This document shows positions 10,686 through 19,523 of a stretch of DNA of 64,000 bases, in pieces. Positions within the stretch are counted from its first letter, which is position 1, and each line of letters starts with the position of its first letter. The notes below the pieces were generated by a model. The model saw only the letters and a program-made list of their open reading frames with translations, searched no databases and was not told the origin of the DNA. The stretch lies in NCBI GenBank assembly GCA_963744145.1, contig CAVUSO010000001.1:5824001-5888000 (forward strand), written 5' to 3'. The position numbers and the translations under genes were made by a program. The DNA comes from an uncultured cyanobacterium (GTDB taxonomy: Bacteria; Cyanobacteriota; Cyanobacteriia; Cyanobacteriales; CAWUOF01).

Positions 10686-10723
10686 AGGTAGGAGTAATTA
10701 ATTAATTGCTCCTACCTTTTTTT
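10686..10723 (+). terminator. intrinsic terminator after ftsH (REP-like hairpin)
   Basis: aggtaggagtaatt...aattgctcctacct followed by a T run. Confidence 0.75.
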
Positions 10724-10807
10724 CACATAAAATTCTGAAATCGATCGCGTTAGTTAAATCACACTTTTATTTTCCTTGAGCTAGCAATCACTAGCAATAT
10801 TATCCTA

Positions 10808-11050
10808 TTAGCAAGTGAAGTGAGAGGTAATGAGTGCAGAAGATTTAGATGGAACGGTAGTCGATGGTTTATTGGTTAATATTAGGGCAAAAGCAAGTCC
10901 AATCAGTAAACAAGTGATTATTTCATTGAGCGAATTCCATCCATTATTTTTTTTCGGTGGCTGTGTGGACGCAGGTGCGGGTGTCGCTGTCAGAATGAAT
11001 GGTTTATTTGCTTCTTGTTTATTGTCGGTAACATTCATAAAGTTAAACAA
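10808..11050 (-). CDS. small hypothetical single-TM protein
   Basis: Pro/Thr-rich segment followed by the hydrophobic helix IITCLLIGLAFALIL; no recognised family. Confidence 0.45.
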   Translation of the reverse strand: MFNFMNVTDNKQEANKPFILTATPAPASTQPPKKNNGWNSLNEIITCLLIGLAFALILTNKPSTTVPSKSSALITSHFTC

Positions 11051-11190
11051 GTAGAGTATATTAAGAGCGGGTTAAAAAAGTTATTTTTTTCGCTCCGCTA
11101 TATAACTACAGTGCCTACTTTTTCTATTCCGCTGAACTATTTAATCTTTCCTACCTGATTAATTGAAGATTTGGAAAATTGCCTGCTAAC

Positions 11191-12723
11191 TTAGCGAGGA
11201 CGCCCTAGCGTGGTAATATAAAGAACAGCTTCATCCGCAGGAATACCCAAAACTTCATTGACCTGATTATCAAAAAAACCACCAATCCCGCTCACACCTA
11301 AACCTAGGTGAATCGCAGCTAAGTTAAGTTTTTGACCCAAATGTCCCGCATCTAGATGGAGATACCGATAAACCCGATCGCCATATTTAGCGATCGCTTT
11401 TTGTAGATCAGCCGTATGAAACAATACAGCAGCAGCATCACGTCCTAATTCTTGTCCTAAACACAAAAAATGTAACTCTCTGCGGAAATTTTTAAACCGA
11501 ATTTGTCTTAACTCTTCAGCTTTGGGAGCATAATAGTAACAACCTTCATCTAACCCATTTACCCCAGATACTGCTATAAAAGTTTCAATTAAACTCAAAT
11601 CAAAATAGTCGGGTTCTCGATCTATACCTTGATACATATAATGTTGAGGTTGATAGGTAAAATCGAGCACCGCTTTTAACTCATCTAAAGACAGGTTAGC
11701 TCCATTATAAAATCGGGTTGAACGCCGTTTGATGATCGTAGATTCTAAATCACCCAGATTTTCTCCCCAGACAACTGGTCTGGTAGTCATAGAAATTTTT
11801 GTACAAAAGGGTAAATTATATTTATCTTCCAGCTTACCATCATCTGGACTTGGTTGCCAGCTTTGGGTTTGGGTAGGATCAGCTTTAATTTTCGTAGCCT
11901 CATGGAAATATCCTAGCAATTCTCCATCAGGAATTTGGGGATAATTAGTTTGGATTGGTGAAGGTAAAGCTGTCCTTGCTGGAGGTAAATTTTGTTCAGC
12001 ATCTAATAAATCAGCTAAGGAAATAATCGCGATCGCACCTTCTCGTTCAGCATCTAAATAAAGTAACTGATTCACTTGATCATCTAAAAACCCACCAATT
12101 AAATGAGGACGATAATCATTCATAGCACAGGCTAATTCCAGATTGCCCAGCAGATGACCAGTATCTAAAAAAATGCGTCGGTAAGCCCGATCTTGATACC
12201 TCCATGCGGAACGAAAGAAAATCGCAGTAGTGACGATCGCGATGCGAGTATTTTCTAAACTAGGGTGCCAGATACAAGCAGCTTGTAGATCTGACCAAAT
12301 ATTACTATCCCAAAACTGGAGCAGGGAATGAGTTTGCCCTTGATAATTATATAATCCTGGTGGTAAGAGTGCCGTTCCCCGAGAAACTAGATAAACCTCA
12401 GCTGGGTATAGTCCACCTGCTGAAGGTGCCGCACGTAGATATAGATTATCCCCAGTCATCGTCGGTACTTTTGCTGTTAAACCGTAACTACAAAACAGGA
12501 GTCTAGACAACCGTTCCCATTGCTTGCTAGTTTCAGTAACTGATTGGTCTACTTTTTCTTTGAGATAAGGTTTTAAGTCAAAAGACTTCCCAATTTTGTA
12601 TTCTTTAAATGGGATGGGTTGGGTTGCCCAATCTAAGCCCTGATTTTTCGAGGCGATCGTTTCCGGGTCATACTTAGTTCGCTCATGGTAGTGTTGAGCT
12701 ATGGAAACTTGAAGTTCTGGCAT
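11191..12723 (-). CDS. SagB/ThcOx-family dehydrogenase (tandem nitroreductase domains)
   Basis: LRAAPSAGGLYP, RRSTR, YRYLHLDAGH. Confidence 0.9.
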   Translation of the reverse strand: MPELQVSIAQHYHERTKYDPETIASKNQGLDWATQPIPFKEYKIGKSFDLKPYLKEKVDQSVTETSKQWERLSRLLFCSYGLTAKVPTMTGDNLYLRAAPSAGGLYPAEVYLVSRGTALLPPGLYNYQGQTHSLLQFWDSNIWSDLQAACIWHPSLENTRIAIVTTAIFFRSAWRYQDRAYRRIFLDTGHLLGNLELACAMNDYRPHLIGGFLDDQVNQLLYLDAEREGAIAIISLADLLDAEQNLPPARTALPSPIQTNYPQIPDGELLGYFHEATKIKADPTQTQSWQPSPDDGKLEDKYNLPFCTKISMTTRPVVWGENLGDLESTIIKRRSTRFYNGANLSLDELKAVLDFTYQPQHYMYQGIDREPDYFDLSLIETFIAVSGVNGLDEGCYYYAPKAEELRQIRFKNFRRELHFLCLGQELGRDAAAVLFHTADLQKAIAKYGDRVYRYLHLDAGHLGQKLNLAAIHLGLGVSGIGGFFDNQVNEVLGIPADEAVLYITTLGRPR

Positions 12724-12801
12724 AAGACTTGATCTGAATAGTTATTTTATGTTTAATTTTCGCATTCTCTATCCCGAATTTGTACTCTACCGAAAAGTTG
12801 T

Positions 12802-13053
12802 ATGATGGTCAAGGCATTTCTCGCAGGGTTGAAATGGTGCTTATTCTTTCTCTTCTGCTTGATCTCACTAGGGTATCCGATTCCCTGGAGTATTTTTTTG
12901 GGGACAATTGGTGGTTTGGCTGGTGGGTTAATCGCCGGATATTGGCAAATTCTGGAAGTTCCCAAACCAACTCCCAAGCAGACGACCCAGACAGAAACTG
13001 CGATCGCCAAACCTTTCAGTTTTCGGCACAGAATCCAAAAAGGTAAAAAATAA
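12802..13053 (+). CDS. small hypothetical membrane protein
   Basis: Two TM helices (SIFLGTIGGLAGGLI) and a basic tail. Confidence 0.55.
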   Translation: MMVKAFLAGLKWCLFFLFCLISLGYPIPWSIFLGTIGGLAGGLIAGYWQILEVPKPTPKQTTQTETAIAKPFSFRHRIQKGKK

Positions 13054-13157
13054 GTTTAACTTAAGATATTCTTACGCTAAGGCACAAGATAATAGCTCTA
13101 GAATATATCTTGCCAATGTCACAAGTTTTCATTATATTTTAATACGGCTCACCAAAC

Positions 13158-13709
13158 ATGATTTCTCGTCGTACTTATCTCAGTCTGCTGTTAGCTAGCT
13201 TTGTGGCTTTATTTACTTGGATAAATTTTATTCCATCAGCGATCGCACTTGGTGGTATATTACCCCTTCTAAATCAACCTGCACCAGCATTTACTCTTCC
13301 TACCAATACGGGTGATGGAGAAATATCTTTGAGTGATTTCCGTGGTAAGTGGGTAGTTGTCTATTTCTACCCCAAAGACTTCACCTCCGGTTGTACCCTA
13401 GAAGCACAACGATTCCAGCAAGATTTACCAAAATATTTGGCAAAAAATACCCAAATCCTTGGGATTAGTGCAGATTCCGTCGATTCCCATGCTGAATTTT
13501 GTGATACAGAGGGTTTAAAATTTCCCCTCCTCGCCGATCCAGATGGTAAAGTTAGTAAAGCCTATGGCTCTTGGCTGGGTTATCTATCCATACGTCATAG
13601 TTTTATTATTGATCCGGAAGGAATATTACGGGAAAAATTTGTCAAAATAAATCCAGCAATTCATAGTCAAGAAGTTTTAGCTCGTCTCGAACAATTACAG
13701 ATATCTTAA
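13158..13709 (+). CDS. peroxiredoxin Q / BCP
   Basis: YFYPKDFTSGCTLEA peroxidatic motif; N-terminal export signal (SRR). Confidence 0.93.
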   Translation: MISRRTYLSLLLASFVALFTWINFIPSAIALGGILPLLNQPAPAFTLPTNTGDGEISLSDFRGKWVVVYFYPKDFTSGCTLEAQRFQQDLPKYLAKNTQILGISADSVDSHAEFCDTEGLKFPLLADPDGKVSKAYGSWLGYLSIRHSFIIDPEGILREKFVKINPAIHSQEVLARLEQLQIS

Positions 13710-13734
13710 GCTATTGATGGCGATGCGATCGCAA

Positions 13735-13826
13735 TAAGGAATGAAAAATAAATAACTTGATGATTTGGTTCGTAGTAAGCGCTTTAGCGCTAAAGCGCTT
13801 ACTACAAACATTGAATTTCTATCCCC
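13735..13826. repeat. MITE/REP-like dispersed repeat, copy 1
   Basis: aggaatgaaaaataaataacttgatg.tttggttcgtagtaagcg is shared with 46141; internal palindrome gtagtaagcgctttagcgctaaagcgcttactac. Confidence 0.8.
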
Positions 13827-13933
13827 AAAAAAAAGAGCGAAGTTCTAATCTTGGATTGAGCGCGATCGCAATTAATGAAACTTGATTGAGTCGCTATCCA
13901 GTAGTCTTAGTGATCGAATTAATAGTGTAATCG

Positions 13934-14827
13934 CTAGCTTTTGTGAAAACTACTATTATTTTTGATTTTTTCTAATAATTCGGTACTTTTTGGAGTTGGA
14001 GAAAAGGACTGACCATCAAAGGAAAATTGGAGGTGATAGAAATTAGGATGGGGAAGATGACTATTGTAATCAAGAAGGGGAAAACCATGTGAATTCCTAC
14101 CAACTCCATCAGGAATAGTATCAGATTTTGCTGCTCTAACATCAACTAATAAATTGAGGATATCATAATTATTAAAATATGCCAAGTTCCAATCTTCAAT
14201 TCTGTTCTCATAAAATGGGAGTCTTCCTGTACCAATATTGGAGAATAAAGATAATAATTGAGTGACTTTAATTTTTTCTGAATCAATTTGGAGAAAATTT
14301 AGTGCATTATAAATATTTCCCATACTAGCATCACCAATTTCACAGACTAAAACAAAGTTACTATCTTGAGGTTTAAATTTTAGACATTTAGTTGAACGTA
14401 TTCCTTTAGCATAGTAAATCATTTGCCACTCTTGATTCACATTTTGTACTAATACACTACCTCCATAGCTATAAACATGGGGTTCACATCCAGAAAAATC
14501 AATTAAAGCTTCTTGAGTATCAGGTTGAGTAAAAGTTCCATAGATAACTTTAGTAAGAACAAAATTTTCTTTAGTATGAAAGCTATTTTCAGGAGACCCG
14601 TCGGTAGTAAATGATGGACAGCTACTACATCCTAATTGAGCATTTGAGTCTTGAATAATTTCTCCATGAGGACAAATATTTTGTAAAAGTGCGATCGCTT
14701 CTTGACGAGATGGAACAACATTGTCTTTTTGGGGGTTTTCAGCTAATACTTTCACATTAGCAGTTTGAGAAATTAATAAACCACCTGTGATTAAATCGAA
14801 CAGTAATTTTTTGATTAATTTTTTCAT
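13934..14827 (-). CDS. hypothetical exported Cys-containing protein
   Basis: Signal-like N-terminus; CSSCP and GCEPH..YGGSVL motifs. Confidence 0.7.
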   Translation of the reverse strand: MKKLIKKLLFDLITGGLLISQTANVKVLAENPQKDNVVPSRQEAIALLQNICPHGEIIQDSNAQLGCSSCPSFTTDGSPENSFHTKENFVLTKVIYGTFTQPDTQEALIDFSGCEPHVYSYGGSVLVQNVNQEWQMIYYAKGIRSTKCLKFKPQDSNFVLVCEIGDASMGNIYNALNFLQIDSEKIKVTQLLSLFSNIGTGRLPFYENRIEDWNLAYFNNYDILNLLVDVRAAKSDTIPDGVGRNSHGFPLLDYNSHLPHPNFYHLQFSFDGQSFSPTPKSTELLEKIKNNSSFHKS

Positions 14828-14891
14828 ATTTTCTAACCATTACCCTCAATTATTGCTAATTTTCTGAGAAGATGACACTTTTTAGATCTTG

Positions 14892-15335
14892 CTACATAAT
14901 CGTCAAATAGGTTTCGGTTGGACTGATGGGTAAGGGTTTTAAAGTTTGATTGTTCAAGTCTATTTCTAACCCCAAAGCTTCTAAAGGTATCACTCCCAAC
15001 AGAGCATCTCTTCCTCCTGGTAACTCCAAGCACTCAAAGGTTCCTTCCCGCTCAAATATAAATATGGTAGCATCTCGAAAGATTCGGGCTTTACCAATAC
15101 CCATTGCTGTTGCTACGTCTACTTCTTTCAGGAGTTTTAATCCTAGTTTAGCGATCGCATCTGATGGTAAACACAAAGTAGTTACTCCCTGATCTACTAA
15201 GACATTTTTAAGGGTTATTGAGCGAATTTGTTCTTGGGAAATTATCCCATATTCTGCCCGAATTTGGTCGGCTCGATTAATAATTGTCAGAGTAGCGAAA
15301 ACTTTTCCCATTTCTTTATTGCTTTGAATTTGCAT
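14892..15335 (-). CDS. clan AA (retropepsin-like) aspartyl protease; the motif reads DQG instead of DTG
   Basis: MGKVFATLTIINRAD...LVDQGVTTLCLP...ALLGVIPLEALGL. Confidence 0.85.
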   Translation of the reverse strand: MQIQSNKEMGKVFATLTIINRADQIRAEYGIISQEQIRSITLKNVLVDQGVTTLCLPSDAIAKLGLKLLKEVDVATAMGIGKARIFRDATIFIFEREGTFECLELPGGRDALLGVIPLEALGLEIDLNNQTLKPLPISPTETYLTIM

Positions 15336-15414
15336 CGGTGGTCTCCTACTTAAGAGTTGGAGTTTTATCGGCTTTCCTTATAACTTATATAACCAGAGCG
15401 ATCGCTGATTTTAA

Positions 15415-15810
15415 CTAGGCTGTGATCAGGATTGGTAATTCAGTAACTTGCTGAAACTTTTGTCGAATTTGAGCTAGGATACTTTCATCTACACTTTCAA
15501 CATCATAAGCGGTACTATCTACAGCGGTGATAATTAACCAAGGCTGATTTTCATTGAAACGATTGCTTTGAAATTTGCCGTCAATCACTTGGGTAATTTC
15601 GGCTGCTAATTCTAACAATAATGCACCGGATATCCATTGCTGATTATCAGCGATTTGATAGAGTTTTTCTGCTGTTGTTCCTAAACATTCTAGGTAAGAA
15701 ATTTGCCATTGTGTTGTTAAGACTGCGGGGGCGATCGCTTGTAAAATATCGATCAGATTTACAGCTAAGAACCCATCAGTAGTTTGGTCAGTAATTGTAA
15801 TTCCTTGCAT
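15415..15810 (-). CDS. hypothetical acidic protein, probable immunity protein of the upstream toxin tip
   Basis: 131 aa, AGGAG RBS, immediately downstream of the toxin-like ORF on the same strand; QVIDG and AVDS motifs. Confidence 0.55.
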   Translation of the reverse strand: MQGITITDQTTDGFLAVNLIDILQAIAPAVLTTQWQISYLECLGTTAEKLYQIADNQQWISGALLLELAAEITQVIDGKFQSNRFNENQPWLIITAVDSTAYDVESVDESILAQIRQKFQQVTELPILITA

Positions 15811-15961
15811 AGTTTAAACTCCTATTTTTTAAAGTCAGTTCTAGGACTGAGAAAAAAGTTAAAGATTGGGCTGAGACGCTTATTTGAAGCAATATGTCTC
15901 AGCTATTTCAAACATCATATCACACCCGGACATCACCCAAATATTTTGTGACATTCCCAAT

Positions 15962-16426
15962 CTAGTTAGGTGAATCTAAGGGAAAACCCCTACCAGCTTG
16001 TCTCTTGAAACCTGATCTTGGACCGATTTGGGGATCGTTGAATTGCCACAGGTGTTGATGAGGAGGTGGTGCATGATCGGGACGTGGGTTGCCGTTTCTA
16101 TAGGTGGGACTGGTAAAGTCAATGTCGCGGATTGGATAGCCATTAGCGTCAAATTCACGAGCTTGATAGATTCTATTGTTAATTATGTCCCATCGCAGTT
16201 GCGAATGAGGGCCACTAGCGTTAGGATCAGGTTGGGGTCTGTTACTAGCTTCTAGGCGGTTTGGCTTTTGTTCTTCCAATACTGTTGTACCATCGGCATA
16301 GCGTGAGTGGATTCTTTGATCAAAAGTGTTCAAGTTTGTTGCTCCCGTATCGACTAAGATATTTTGATTAATGATTGTCCGTGTGGTAAAAACTTTTTCC
16401 ATTTTTTTATCGCTTTTAATTGACAT
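15962..16426 (-). CDS. chimeric ORF: aspartyl-protease N-terminus fused to a polymorphic-toxin C-terminal nuclease-like domain (Ntox24-like)
   Basis: MSIKSDKKMEKVFTTRTIIN..ILVDTGAT matches the protease start; YQAREFDANGYPIRDIDFT...H..PPHQH resembles toxin RNase tips. Confidence 0.6.
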   Translation of the reverse strand: MSIKSDKKMEKVFTTRTIINQNILVDTGATNLNTFDQRIHSRYADGTTVLEEQKPNRLEASNRPQPDPNASGPHSQLRWDIINNRIYQAREFDANGYPIRDIDFTSPTYRNGNPRPDHAPPPHQHLWQFNDPQIGPRSGFKRQAGRGFPLDSPN

Positions 16427-16464
16427 TTTTCGACCCAAAATTTGTACTTTTATTTGATTTTATA

Positions 16465-16493
16465 ATCATACATTTTCTATTTTAATCTGTCAA
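16465..16493 (-). promoter_or_regulatory. sigma70-type promoter for the chimeric toxin ORF
   Basis: Minus strand TTGACA, 17 bp spacer, TATGAT. Confidence 0.6.
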
Positions 16494-16553
16494 CTTAACC
16501 CAAATAAGTTTATTATTTTAGTCCCGATTAAAAGCGGAATGAATAATTAAAAT

Positions 16554-16888
16554 TTAATCAAAAGTAATTATTATACTAATTGCTTGAATAGCGGAAATTT
16601 TGAAGGGAAATACTTACTGCGGTAACAGCTTGTCAAATCTTATTTTATTCCAGTTACGCGATCGCTGATTAAAAATAAATAAGTTTTTCGTATCTTTTCC
16701 ATCGAATTTAGCAGTTTCGCGATTAAACCATTGACGCTTCATCAACAATTAGTAAATCCCAAGGTTCTGCCTCAAATAGTCCCTCCTAGCGATCGCGGCT
16801 GTTTTTGCGGAGTGTCGGTAATGAAGCAATAACATGATAGTGGATCTGCCAAAAATCCCTGGACAAACAATTAGAATGCGTTTAACTT
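16554..16888 (-). pseudogene. collapsed relic of the SNF2 helicase gene (collinear fragments of 22100-24823)
   Basis: Near-identical blocks matching ~22100-22160, 22381-22418, 22790-22832, 24149-24270 and 24366-24392, joined in the same order. Confidence 0.9.
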
Positions 16889-16994
16889 CTTAACTTCTCC
16901 TTAACTCAACCATGTCTATAGAATCAGACATCCTTTTGATTGACTTTAGTGTACTTTATATTTAGAATAGGTGTAATGTAATTTTTATGGTAAA

Positions 16995-19517
16995 ATGTCT
17001 AAGGCAATCACTGAACACCTAGACTACCCATTCCTATTGGCCACGCACATGGTATGTGCGGATCAGCAAATTCATAATAAAGAGTTAAAAGCACTACGCG
17101 AACTAGCTACCTATATTAGTGCTTCTCAACAGACGATCGCTGAGATGGAAAAAATTCTGGCTCAAGAGGAAAACCAGCTTTCGATATCGGATTTAGCTCG
17201 GAAAGTTCCGCCTGGTCAGCAAAGTGAGGCTATGTCGCAAATGTTAGCGATCGCATATATTGACGGTTTCTGTTCAGCATTAGAACGTCAAATGGCGGAA
17301 CAAGTAGCAAAGATTTGGAATTGGCCAACGGGACAAGTACAGCGACAGCTTACAGAAGCAGAAGCATTAAGCAATACCAAAGTCTTAGACGAAGACCAGC
17401 AGCAACAGAAACTCTCTATCAGTGCGCGTGTACTTCAAGGGGCTGATTCTCTTCTTTCACGGGAATTGGTGGATAATGTAGCAAAGCTTACAGGAAGTGA
17501 GCAAAAAGTTGAGCAACTACGACGGGAAATCCTGTTATCTGGGCCAGATTATGATGAGGCGATTCGTCATTGTGCAGTCATCGCTGATCAAGATTACAAG
17601 TTTGCAGAATTGGCTCTTAAAAGAGCGTTATCAGCACTTTCCAATTTGGACAAAAATATCCAAAATGCTATCGAAAATATCAAGCATAAAACAGGTGATA
17701 AAGGTAAAGCTACCACTGCTAAAGAAGTCGCCAAGCAACTTGGGGATACTAGAAATGCTCTGAGTGCCGAGATTATTAAAGAAATGAAGAACGTGGGGTC
17801 TTCGCTTCGTGCCAAGGAACGCGCTCTCAATCATTTCAGCATCACTTTTATGGGCAGAACTAAGGCGGGAAAAAGCACTCTTCACGCCATAGTTACAGAT
17901 GATGGATGGGATGCGATCGGTGTAGGTAAGCAGCGCACAACTCGATTTAATCGGGTGTACGAGTGGAAAAATATCCGCATCATTGATACTCCTGGAATTG
18001 GCGCTCCGGGTGGCAAAAGTGATGAAGAAATTGCTCAAAGTGTTATTGACGAGTCAGATGTGATTTGTTATGTGGTGACAAATGACAGTATCCAAGAGAG
18101 TGAGTTTGGTTTCTTAAAGTTACTAAAGGAAAAATCCAAGCCATTAATTATTCTGCTTAATATCAAGAAAAATCTGAGTGATCCTCGACGGTTGGAGCAT
18201 TTCTTACAGAACCCTAATAAAGAGTTTATGATGGAGGGTAAAAGTGGTATTGGTGGGCATATTCAACGTATTCGCCGCTATGCTGAAGACCATTATGCTA
18301 ATGGCTACTTCGATATTGTTCCAGTGATGCTGTTGGCGGCGCAGCTTTCCCGCGAACCAAAACACGAAGGGAAGAAGAAGGAGCTTTTTAAGGCAAGTCG
18401 GATGCAGGATTTTCTTGATTCAATTCGTGAATCTCTGGTTAATCATGGGGCAATCCGTCGCTCTCAAACTCTGCTTGGTTCTACAGTGGGTGCAATTAAT
18501 AATCCTTACCAATGGGTGAATCAACAAACTTTAATCTATGAAAAATTGACAGATACGTTGAAAAATAAGCGTGAGGAAATCTCAAAAAACATCCGAAAGT
18601 CAGCTGAGGATGCTAAGGAATATTTACTACAAGCAATCAATGAAATTTTTCAAGATACCATGAATGCCATACCATTTTTTGCTGAAGATCATTGGAATTC
18701 TAAAGAAATTGCCATGAAACTGGGATGGGAACAAAAATTAAAAGCGATCCGATTTGAAGAACGTTTAAATTCAGCTTATGAAGAGACAAACCAAAAATTT
18801 AATAAGGAGGTTCAGGAAGTTCTTTCAGAAGTAGGAAATGAATTACAACTGATTGCTAAACTAGAAGGTAAAAATTTTAGTTTTACTGAGCAGGATTCCA
18901 CTGTTTTTGCGCGAAATTTTGCTCGGATAGGTGGAAGTATTATAGTGGTAGTAGGAACAATTTTAACTTTTTTCAGCTTAATAGCTCCGCCTGTTGGCAT
19001 TGCTATTGGTATTATTGGTACTGTTTTTAGCCTCATGACCAATATTTTTAAATCAAAAGATCAGAAACGTCGTGAAGCTGTTGCAAAGATTTCCACTTCA
19101 CTAACTGAGGAATTGAATAAACATAAGCAAACTACGCTCCAAGAAGCTGATGCTAACACTGACAAGTTTTTTGATTCTGTAGTTGTAAATATTGATGCTT
19201 ACTTTGAGGAGCTAATTCAAGGACTAGATGCGATCGCAACTCATTTTGGAGCAGCAAAAAAGAATTTATTAGTTACAACAGATTCTCTAAATTGTGCTTA
19301 TGCCAAGCGAATTATTGACTGGTCTACTGAACAGCATGAACCCTTGACTATTGAGGGTATCAAAAAAACTATTGCTAAAGTTGAAAGAGATTTTGGATGC
19401 AGTATGAAGATTGTAACTAAATCTAAAGTTCAAAGACGAAAATTATTAGAGGATATCAAACACATTCTTCAAGAGGATATCTCCTTTGGTAATCTCAAAT
19501 CTCCCAAAAAGGACTAA
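16995..19517 (+). CDS. dynamin-like GTPase with an N-terminal TerB-like domain and a TM hairpin (LeoBC-like)
   Basis: MVCADQQIHNKE and AYIDGFCSALE (TerB-like); GRTKAGKST (G1), DTPG (G3); hydrophobic hairpin IGGSIIVVVG...GTVFSL. Confidence 0.8.
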   Translation: MSKAITEHLDYPFLLATHMVCADQQIHNKELKALRELATYISASQQTIAEMEKILAQEENQLSISDLARKVPPGQQSEAMSQMLAIAYIDGFCSALERQMAEQVAKIWNWPTGQVQRQLTEAEALSNTKVLDEDQQQQKLSISARVLQGADSLLSRELVDNVAKLTGSEQKVEQLRREILLSGPDYDEAIRHCAVIADQDYKFAELALKRALSALSNLDKNIQNAIENIKHKTGDKGKATTAKEVAKQLGDTRNALSAEIIKEMKNVGSSLRAKERALNHFSITFMGRTKAGKSTLHAIVTDDGWDAIGVGKQRTTRFNRVYEWKNIRIIDTPGIGAPGGKSDEEIAQSVIDESDVICYVVTNDSIQESEFGFLKLLKEKSKPLIILLNIKKNLSDPRRLEHFLQNPNKEFMMEGKSGIGGHIQRIRRYAEDHYANGYFDIVPVMLLAAQLSREPKHEGKKKELFKASRMQDFLDSIRESLVNHGAIRRSQTLLGSTVGAINNPYQWVNQQTLIYEKLTDTLKNKREEISKNIRKSAEDAKEYLLQAINEIFQDTMNAIPFFAEDHWNSKEIAMKLGWEQKLKAIRFEERLNSAYEETNQKFNKEVQEVLSEVGNELQLIAKLEGKNFSFTEQDSTVFARNFARIGGSIIVVVGTILTFFSLIAPPVGIAIGIIGTVFSLMTNIFKSKDQKRREAVAKISTSLTEELNKHKQTTLQEADANTDKFFDSVVVNIDAYFEELIQGLDAIATHFGAAKKNLLVTTDSLNCAYAKRIIDWSTEQHEPLTIEGIKKTIAKVERDFGCSMKIVTKSKVQRRKLLEDIKHILQEDISFGNLKSPKKD

Positions 19518-19523
19518 AATACC

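Noticed and set aside
11191..12723. RiPP (azole) biosynthetic cluster around the SagB-like gene
   Set aside because: No YcaO, precursor peptide or protease is adjacent; stand-alone copies are common in cyanobacteria
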